A DNA stretch of 63,759 bases, filler included. It is 7 parts of 7 records of this genome, joined end to end, with 100 filler letters (N's around TTAATTAATTAA, not from the genome) between each part and the next. Parts side by side here need not be neighbours in the genome. Positions count along the whole stretch, not along the records: positions 1 to 10,175 come from DRR723986_11254; 6 more parts are not named here. The stretch is one strand, 5' to 3'. This document shows positions 1 to 7,184 of this stretch, piece by piece. A program made the position numbers and the translations under genes. The first letter of the stretch is position 1. Every line of letters starts with the position of its first letter. The notes beneath the pieces are model-generated. The model made no database searches. It was not told where the DNA came from and saw only the letters and a list, made by a program, of their open reading frames with translations.

Positions 1-36
1 GGGCTCGGGCTCGGACTCGGACTCGGACTCGGGCTC
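1..36. repeat. Hexamer tandem repeat (GGRCTC)x6, cut off at the window edge
   Basis: Sequence reads gggctc gggctc ggactc ggactc ggactc gggctc. Confidence 0.9.
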
Positions 37-377
37 TCGACAATCGACAACAAATAACTGGCAATCGACTTCTGACTCAAATTCTTCATTTGGAATTCAT
101 TGAATCGAGATTCGGTGGCGTGGACTCAAAGCAGCGAAGCTGATCGTTTATGTGAGCCACTGAGCGGCAAATCACCAAACCATTGATGCGACGATCCCAG
201 TTGGCGCGGTTCCCAATTCTGCAGACCCCTGAACAGCCAAAATGTTCATCTGCGCGCGCCGCGAGAACCGACATGAAATCTTCAGACCAGATTCAAGGCT
301 TAAAGACTCAGCGGCTGGGAGTCGGCCGGCAGCGGCGGCAGAACGTGCATCAGAGGCAAAAAATTGAGCGAATAGTT

Positions 378-440
378 TTCCACACCAGCTGTGAGCTGGT
401 GGCTCACAGCTGGTGTGGAACTGGTGTGCAGCTGGTGTAG
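378..440. repeat. Perfect 19-bp inverted repeat merged with 11-bp-period direct repeats
   Basis: TTCCACACCAGCTGTGAGC (378-396) and GCTCACAGCTGGTGTGGAA (402-420) with a 5-nt loop. CTGGTG recurs at 410, 421 and 432. Confidence 0.9.
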
Positions 441-686
441 TCTCAACACCTCCAAACCCCAAACCCACCAACAAACAAAACCCTCAAAAAAGCCTGAGAC
501 CAACCGCAGGGCGCGGCTCAAAGCGATCTTCAAAAGACCCCAAACACCCAAAAACAACAACAGCGGATCGGCCAAAGCCAACCCGCTGTCCATTTGCTCA
601 GCATGTAACGCTGCGAAACTGCTACATGAACCGCAAATCATCAAATCCGTCAATCCATGCGCGAATTCGTCCGCCACGCCCTTTGA

Positions 687-3600
687 TTAACGTTTAACCA
701 GCTTGAAGGACCAGAACTCCGCGCCCGCACGCAGCTTAAGAACGTAAACGCCGTTGGCCAAATCTCCCACGCCAAGCGAATAACTGCCCGCAGGATCCTG
801 ATTTTGCATCTCTCGCACCAGAATGCGCTCGCCAAGAATACTCAGCAGCTCGATGCTGACACTGCCCTGCGGCAATGCCTGAACCGTAATCTGATCGCTG
901 AATGGATTCGGAAAAACGCGTGGTGCATTTGCCACGCCCAAGCCGCCGACCGCCGAAATGATGCGATAGTCAAACGGCTCCGACTCGCGGCTGCAGCCAT
1001 TTTCGTCCGTGATTACAACGCTGAAAAGACCCTCGCGCTCTGGATTGTAGCGGCGTGCGTTTCCATTATTGTTAATGTCATTACCGCCAAAACGCCACTG
1101 ATACTGTGCGGCTTCGGAAGCCAGTAGCCCCTCGCCGTCCAGCGTGATCGTCGGTTGTGCAGGCAATGCACGCAGCTCTATCGTAAAACTTTCGCTGCGG
1201 CCGGTTGAATTGCTGACTATCAACTGAGCCGTTCCGTCCTGCGCCTCGTCATTGAGCAGTACATCCACAAATGCGGAGATGCTGCCAAGCCCCGAGACCT
1301 CGATGCGCGTGTTAGCAGACTCCCCAGCCACAAGTTCCACAGTCTGAATGCGCGCGCCGGCGTCAAGAAAACGAATACGCGCAGCACCACAACCGCCCGT
1401 ACTGTCCACCAGAACCGGATAACAGCCGCGGCAGGGACCAAAGTCAGCATCGGCAAGATTGCCGCGTAGCTCCAGCAGATTAACAATGCCGCCGGGCGCG
1501 CCCGGCTCCGCACCATACGTGCCACCCTCAATCGCGTCACCGGCCTCGCCGCCCTCAGCTTTGATGCTCAGATTGAGGCGGGAACCCTCGTCGCGGGCCA
1601 GCAGACCAACCATGCCGCCGCCACCGCCGCCGCCGGGACCAGCCGTCACAAACTCATTGCCGAGTTTACTGCCGCCTTTGCCGCCCGTGACGTCTACGAG
1701 GACCGTCGAAACTACCTGTTCCACGTCGAGCAGCACACTGCCGCCGCCACCGCCGCCGCCCAGGCCGTCAGGGTTAATCGTCGAGAAATCATCTTCGGCC
1801 TTGGCACCGCGCGCATAGATCCCAAATGGACCGCTGCTCTTGAGTGTGCCACCCTGGATGATCACAATTCCGCCGCCGTTGGCACCGCCCGAGCCATGCC
1901 GGTGGTTCGAGTGCCCCGAACCGCCGCCGCCGCCGGCAAATGCGTGGCGACTCTGCTGGAAACTGTTGTTGTACAAACTTTTACCGCCGATTCCGCCGGC
2001 CTCTCTGCGATTTTTAACCACGCCGCGGAAACCAAAACCACCGTTGCCGCCTTCGCCGAGGCTTGCGCCACCGCCGCCACCGGCATTGTGATTATTGCCA
2101 CCACCGCCGGCATTTGCCGGGCTGCCACGCCCGTAGCGGAACGCGCCAATTCCATCTTCGGCAACGCCCTCACCTTTGAGCGAGTAAAAACAGTCCTCGT
2201 CCGTCACGTAATCCGTGCGATGCGGTGAGACATTACAGGGCGGATAGTTGATGAACTCCGCACCGCGGAAACCGCGGCCATCGACGTTCACATCGGCTTC
2301 GAGCATCAAACACTCAGCATTGAGCGCCAAAACTCCACCGGTTTCGCCGTCCCAGGCTTTACACGTCAGGTCGCTGGTTACCAGAATGTGGCCGTACTCC
2401 GGCACCGTGATCATCTGGATTTTACCGCTGACGTCGTATTCATTATTGATCAGCCCGCCTTCAAAGCGCACATCAAATTCGTTGATAGAAGAAATCACGG
2501 CGAATTCGTAGAGACCGGCACCGTTCAGGCTGGTAACATTGCCATAGGATGGATCGTTGTCCGCCACAATCTGCGCGCCCTGCATCTGGATGAGCAGCAC
2601 CTGCACACCTGGGCGCAGGCCGGCAGTATCGGCCACCGTCACACGGCCGGAAGCCGGAACGATGTTCTGCACGGCATGGTAGGTATTGACGATGCCGCCA
2701 ATTTCATCGCAGCCCTCGCAGGACTCTACAATGACTTCGATTGAATCGGTGTACGAACAGCCGTCGGCCGTCTGCACCGTCAGTCTGTACGTGATTGTCT
2801 CCAGCGGCGCGGCTTTGGGATTGCGCGCAGTTGGATCGTCCAGGCCATCTACCGGATTCCACTGATAGCGCAGGTTTTGACCCGCAACATCTTCAGGTGT
2901 CAGCTCGGTTTCGTCGCCGATGCAAAGCACAATTTCTTTGGGCAGCGTAAAACGCGGTGCCGGGAAAACTTCTACCGTCACTTCGTCCTCAGACACGCAG
3001 TCGCCATTGCGAATTTCCACGCGATAGGTCGTAGTTTGAGTCGGCTGCGCAGTTGGGCGCAATACCGAGCTGCTGCTGAGTCCATCAGCCGGAGTCCAGC
3101 GAATCTCAGCGCCGTTGCCCGCATCCGTCGTCGCCTCAAGAATAACAGACTCGCCGCCACAGAGTTGTTTGTTCGGCCCGGCGTCAACCATGATTTCTGG
3201 TGCGACAGTCACAATGATTGAGTCGCGTGTCTCGCAGCCGTCACCGGCGCTCACGACCAGATAATATGTTGTTGTTTCGCGTGGATTGGCGCGTGGAGTT
3301 TTACTCGTGGCATCGTCCAGGCCTGCAGCCGGCGTCCAGGTGTAGGTCACTTCAACACCGTCAACATCTTTGACTTCGGGCTCAAGCAGCACCGAACCGT
3401 CCTGGCAGATCGTGACTTCATCATCCAGCTCAACGGTCGGCAGCGGACGCACTTCGATGCGCACGCGCAACTCCACAAAACAGCCTTCCTCGTCGCGCAC
3501 AATCACGTCGTAGTCCGTAGTTTCGGTTGGACTGGCGATCGGATTGCGGATCGTTGGATCGCTCAGGCCCGTCGGCGGCGTCCATTCAATCACAGTGGTC

Positions 3601-5225
3601 GAAGGGTCAAAACCGCTCAGCGCAATTTCAAGCTGGACCTGCTCGCCACGGCAAATCGTAGCCGCAGATGGTGAGACCTCAGCCGCACAATCAATCGTCT
3701 CCTGCCCCAGGCCGCCAATATATGCGTAAGAATTAGCCGCGCCGTATCCAACTACGTACAAACCAAATGGCTCGTCCGAACTCAGCGTATGCACGCCGTC
3801 TTCCACTTCCAGATGCGCAAACCAGAAGTCGCTCTGGCCGATGCGCGCAAAGGCAGCCGCGTCGACCGGCGCTCCGTCCAGGCGCACGTTTGCGCGGTCA
3901 TCTTCTTCCGCAATCACAGTCACAATGTGCTCTGTAAATACTTCGCCGACCACCGGTGGCGACCCGAGCTCCTGCAGCGCCTGCGCATTCACACAGCGGT
4001 AGGATTTCAGGAACTGCTCCTTGGGTGGCAGCAGCAACATGAATGGATCACCAACGACCAATTCATCCGGTGTGAAATCATTGTTCGAGGTCTTTTTGAA
4101 TTGAGCCACCTGCACGGCATTATTGGCTTCAACCTCCAGGGCGCCGCTGATATTCGCCTCAAAAAATTCACCGGCATCCAGCGTGGCTACTTCCGTGCCG
4201 TTAACGAGCACACGCGTGCCGTCGGCCGAAGCCAGGACGCGGTAGAGATCATTGCCTTCCGGTGCCTGGCGGTCATCCTGTGGCAAGGGAACCACAAAAG
4301 CATTGCGTCCCCAGGTGTTGGTCGGCAGCATCTGCTGGATCAGATAGTCACGCGAAATCAGCACATCTGAATCCTGTACCGGAAGAGTCGCGCGTTGGTG
4401 GCCGGCAAACACAGCGATCGGTGCATTCGACGTCACGCGGCTGCCGGTTAAATCGCGGCGCAGATTGTCCGTATCAAACCGCGCCTGCACCAGGTAGACG
4501 TCACCGCGGTTCAGGTCTACCGTCTGCCGGTCAAGCCCATTTGCATGTGTTTCGGTACTTGGCTCTATTATAATTTCAGTGTTGTCTTCGGTAGCAATGA
4601 TCGCGAACTGGGAGGGCGTACTGTTAAAATCCAGTTGGCCGTTGACCTGCTCCATATCACTCGCATAACTCATGATGCGGTAGTCGCGCCCCAGCACATC
4701 CTGCGGCAGCGCCATAAATGCATCGGAGGTGGTGCGCGCCATGTTCAGGCCGTAAACCGTCACCTCGTTATCCGTCGTAATGTGAAAAGCCTGCCGGGCT
4801 ATTTCTTCATTCTGCGATCTGCCATTATTCAGGAAACCACTGCGGTTAAAACCCTGCAATTCAAAGTCCAGATGCCGCACCTGGAACTGATAAACCTCAC
4901 TCGGGTCATCAATTGTGAACTGCTCCGTGAACGTGTCTCCATCCATGTTCACATAGTCAATCCGCCCGCTCGTGACCTCATCAGCTGCGATGTAGATGTA
5001 CAAACTATCTTCCACCGCCACCAAATTGTTGTGCCAGTTTGGCGGAAAAGTCACCCAAAACTCCGTGCCTTTGCTATCGGGAATGTCCTGCGCGTGGCTG
5101 CTTCCTGCCGCAAAAACCGTCAATAAAAGTGCGCTGCAGAACAACAGCTTAATCCAGGCTCTACAGGCATTCGGGCCCACAAATGCAATCTGCCTTTGAA
5201 TACTTCCAGTGTGTGGCTTGCACAT
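687..5225 (-). CDS. Large T9SS-secreted surface protein: signal peptide, IgGFc-binding-like N-terminal domain, about four Ig/PKD-like repeats, glycine-rich domain, T9SS type A C-terminal sorting domain
   Basis: 1512-aa ORF. Signal peptide ends ...GSSHA-QD. GTEFWVTF and SYAYIGG motifs fit IgGFc-binding domains. Repeats of the form ICxG...WTPxxGL...P.A.P.ETTTY. C-terminus VFPNPF...LLSILG...LANGVYVLKL...KLVKR. Exact start uncertain. Confidence 0.85.
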   Translation of the reverse strand: MCKPHTGSIQRQIAFVGPNACRAWIKLLFCSALLLTVFAAGSSHAQDIPDSKGTEFWVTFPPNWHNNLVAVEDSLYIYIAADEVTSGRIDYVNMDGDTFTEQFTIDDPSEVYQFQVRHLDFELQGFNRSGFLNNGRSQNEEIARQAFHITTDNEVTVYGLNMARTTSDAFMALPQDVLGRDYRIMSYASDMEQVNGQLDFNSTPSQFAIIATEDNTEIIIEPSTETHANGLDRQTVDLNRGDVYLVQARFDTDNLRRDLTGSRVTSNAPIAVFAGHQRATLPVQDSDVLISRDYLIQQMLPTNTWGRNAFVVPLPQDDRQAPEGNDLYRVLASADGTRVLVNGTEVATLDAGEFFEANISGALEVEANNAVQVAQFKKTSNNDFTPDELVVGDPFMLLLPPKEQFLKSYRCVNAQALQELGSPPVVGEVFTEHIVTVIAEEDDRANVRLDGAPVDAAAFARIGQSDFWFAHLEVEDGVHTLSSDEPFGLYVVGYGAANSYAYIGGLGQETIDCAAEVSPSAATICRGEQVQLEIALSGFDPSTTVIEWTPPTGLSDPTIRNPIASPTETTDYDVIVRDEEGCFVELRVRIEVRPLPTVELDDEVTICQDGSVLLEPEVKDVDGVEVTYTWTPAAGLDDATSKTPRANPRETTTYYLVVSAGDGCETRDSIIVTVAPEIMVDAGPNKQLCGGESVILEATTDAGNGAEIRWTPADGLSSSSVLRPTAQPTQTTTYRVEIRNGDCVSEDEVTVEVFPAPRFTLPKEIVLCIGDETELTPEDVAGQNLRYQWNPVDGLDDPTARNPKAAPLETITYRLTVQTADGCSYTDSIEVIVESCEGCDEIGGIVNTYHAVQNIVPASGRVTVADTAGLRPGVQVLLIQMQGAQIVADNDPSYGNVTSLNGAGLYEFAVISSINEFDVRFEGGLINNEYDVSGKIQMITVPEYGHILVTSDLTCKAWDGETGGVLALNAECLMLEADVNVDGRGFRGAEFINYPPCNVSPHRTDYVTDEDCFYSLKGEGVAEDGIGAFRYGRGSPANAGGGGNNHNAGGGGGASLGEGGNGGFGFRGVVKNRREAGGIGGKSLYNNSFQQSRHAFAGGGGGSGHSNHRHGSGGANGGGIVIIQGGTLKSSGPFGIYARGAKAEDDFSTINPDGLGGGGGGGSVLLDVEQVVSTVLVDVTGGKGGSKLGNEFVTAGPGGGGGGGMVGLLARDEGSRLNLSIKAEGGEAGDAIEGGTYGAEPGAPGGIVNLLELRGNLADADFGPCRGCYPVLVDSTGGCGAARIRFLDAGARIQTVELVAGESANTRIEVSGLGSISAFVDVLLNDEAQDGTAQLIVSNSTGRSESFTIELRALPAQPTITLDGEGLLASEAAQYQWRFGGNDINNNGNARRYNPEREGLFSVVITDENGCSRESEPFDYRIISAVGGLGVANAPRVFPNPFSDQITVQALPQGSVSIELLSILGERILVREMQNQDPAGSYSLGVGDLANGVYVLKLRAGAEFWSFKLVKR

Positions 5226-6001
5226 ATATGCTTCACTTAATATTTATTACAAATCCAAAATAGGCGGCGTCAAATTTCGCCGTACAGAATGAGGAACTGC
5301 AAGTTACACAAGCGCCAACAATTTAGGAAACTGGATCACATGCATAAAACCGTCCCTTCAGTGCTACTCTACTATAATGTGTCCGATTTGAAACGCGAAT
5401 CTGTCCCGCCATCGACGCTAATCAACGGACCATTACTTCTGCCTCGTATTGACAACTCTGGACCCGTTTTTGATTCAAAGGCGCAGCGCCACTGCATTAA
5501 CGCGCTTCTGCCGTCGCGCCATTCTTAAGCTGATAACTCGTAGGTCTACTGTCTTTTTAATGAGCAGAATTCTCTTGTTAGTCACTGCACGTGAATGCTC
5601 AAACTTTCCAGTCCGCCGCAAGTTCTCCAGCCGGCGAGCTGCAATTCCCAGGAAATGATCGGCGCGCAGATGTAATCTGCTCCAGTCCCAACGCGGACAC
5701 ATTGCTGCCGATTCGTGTCGTCTCCAGCAGCCCGCCCACCCGGCAGCGGGGCCATTTGTAGCTTAACTCGCCTAATGTCTATAGCCGCGGAACACGCTGC
5801 AGCAGGCCGTCAGGACTATCTCCGGGTCAAGCTGCCGGCCCCCCACCTGGCCACCTAATTCCCCGCGGGCGCCAATCTGCTATTTGGCTCCTATCGGCCA
5901 AGATGTTAAGAATTTATTAACGATCGGTACCGGTTTGCAATTTTCGTTAGATTTGTTTTTTCCCGTTAAGGCGCAAGCCAACTAATCTCGGAGTTTCGGG
6001 T

Positions 6002-7168
6002 TTGCAAAGTTCCAAACAGGCCACTTCGGCCGATCAGAGCGCGCAGTCAGATCGCCACAATCCTATCTTATCCTGGCTGCAGGTCGCTGCATTCATCTAT
6101 CTCCTCATATTGGCGGTTGGCGTCATTGGCGCTGGTTTTAAGTGGGTATCCGGTGGTAGCGCCGGTGCTGCTGAACTATTTGCATTTGCAACCAACCCAT
6201 TTACTGGTCTCCTGATTGGAACGCTGGCAACGGCGCTCGTACAGTCATCCAGCACAGTAACTTCAATCATTGTTGGACTTGTGGCCGGAGGTCTGGACGT
6301 TGGAACGGCCATTCCGATGATCATGGGTGCCAACATTGGGACTACCGTTACCAATACCTTGGTAAGCATGGGGCACGTGCGCTTTAAGGAAGAATTCCGC
6401 CGCGCATTTTCTGCCGCTACGGTTCACGACTTCTTTAATCTACTGGCAGTCGCAATTTTCCTTCCGCTCGAAATTGCCACCGGTTTCCTGGAGAAAGTCA
6501 GTCTTTCCATTTCCGAGTTCTTTTCAACCGGCAGTGGTTTTGAGATTGGCGGCTTTAACTTCATGAAAATGATCACCAAGCCGGTGATTACAACTATCAA
6601 AGATGGACTGGCAGCAATTCCCGAACCCTTTGGCGGTCTCCTCATGATTGTCCTCGGGATCCTGCTGATCTTTGGTGCGATCACCTTCCTCGGCAAATTG
6701 CTCAAACGCCTGATGGTTGGGCGTGCCAAGGCTATCCTGCACTCTGCGCTTGGTCGTGGGCCTCTCGCCGGTCTGGCTTCCGGTACGGCAGTGACGATTC
6801 TTGTGCAGTCCTCGTCCACAACTACCAGCCTGATCGTGCCACTTGTTGGTTCCGGCGTGTTTAACCTGCGCCAGATTTACCCCTTTACACTGGGTGCCAA
6901 TATCGGTACAACAATTACGGCGCTGATCGCCGCACTCGCGATTTCCGAAGGCAACGCCGTCTTTGCGCTCGAAATCGCAATGGTGCACCTGATGTTTAAC
7001 CTGAGCTCAGTGATCGTAATCTTTGGAATTCCCTTCCTGCGCAACATCCCGCTGCGCGGTGCTGAATGGATTGCCGAACTGGCTGCAACGCGTAAATCTT
7101 TGGCAATTGGCTACATCGTAGCCGTCTTTTTTGTCATTCCCGGTCTTTTCATCCTCGCGACTTCATAA
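6002..7168 (+). CDS. nptA: Na+/phosphate cotransporter (NptA/SLC34 family)
   Basis: Two internal repeats, each with LVQSSST and GANIGTT signatures. Multiple transmembrane segments. The TTG start is uncertain. Confidence 0.88.
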   Translation: MQSSKQATSADQSAQSDRHNPILSWLQVAAFIYLLILAVGVIGAGFKWVSGGSAGAAELFAFATNPFTGLLIGTLATALVQSSSTVTSIIVGLVAGGLDVGTAIPMIMGANIGTTVTNTLVSMGHVRFKEEFRRAFSAATVHDFFNLLAVAIFLPLEIATGFLEKVSLSISEFFSTGSGFEIGGFNFMKMITKPVITTIKDGLAAIPEPFGGLLMIVLGILLIFGAITFLGKLLKRLMVGRAKAILHSALGRGPLAGLASGTAVTILVQSSSTTTSLIVPLVGSGVFNLRQIYPFTLGANIGTTITALIAALAISEGNAVFALEIAMVHLMFNLSSVIVIFGIPFLRNIPLRGAEWIAELAATRKSLAIGYIVAVFFVIPGLFILATS

Positions 7169-7184
7169 TAGTCCCAAGCCCAAT

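Noticed and set aside
395..402. GCTGGTGG, the E. coli Chi sequence, in the hairpin loop
   Set aside because: It is a single 8-mer explained by the CTGGTG repeat unit, and Chi sequences are lineage-specific.
378..440. CRISPR or retron-like interpretation of the hairpin
   Set aside because: There is no repeat-spacer periodicity, and no cas or reverse transcriptase gene in the window.
86..835. Several 60-125 aa ORFs on both strands
   Set aside because: They overlap one another, cross low-complexity DNA, lack an RBS and show no family motifs.
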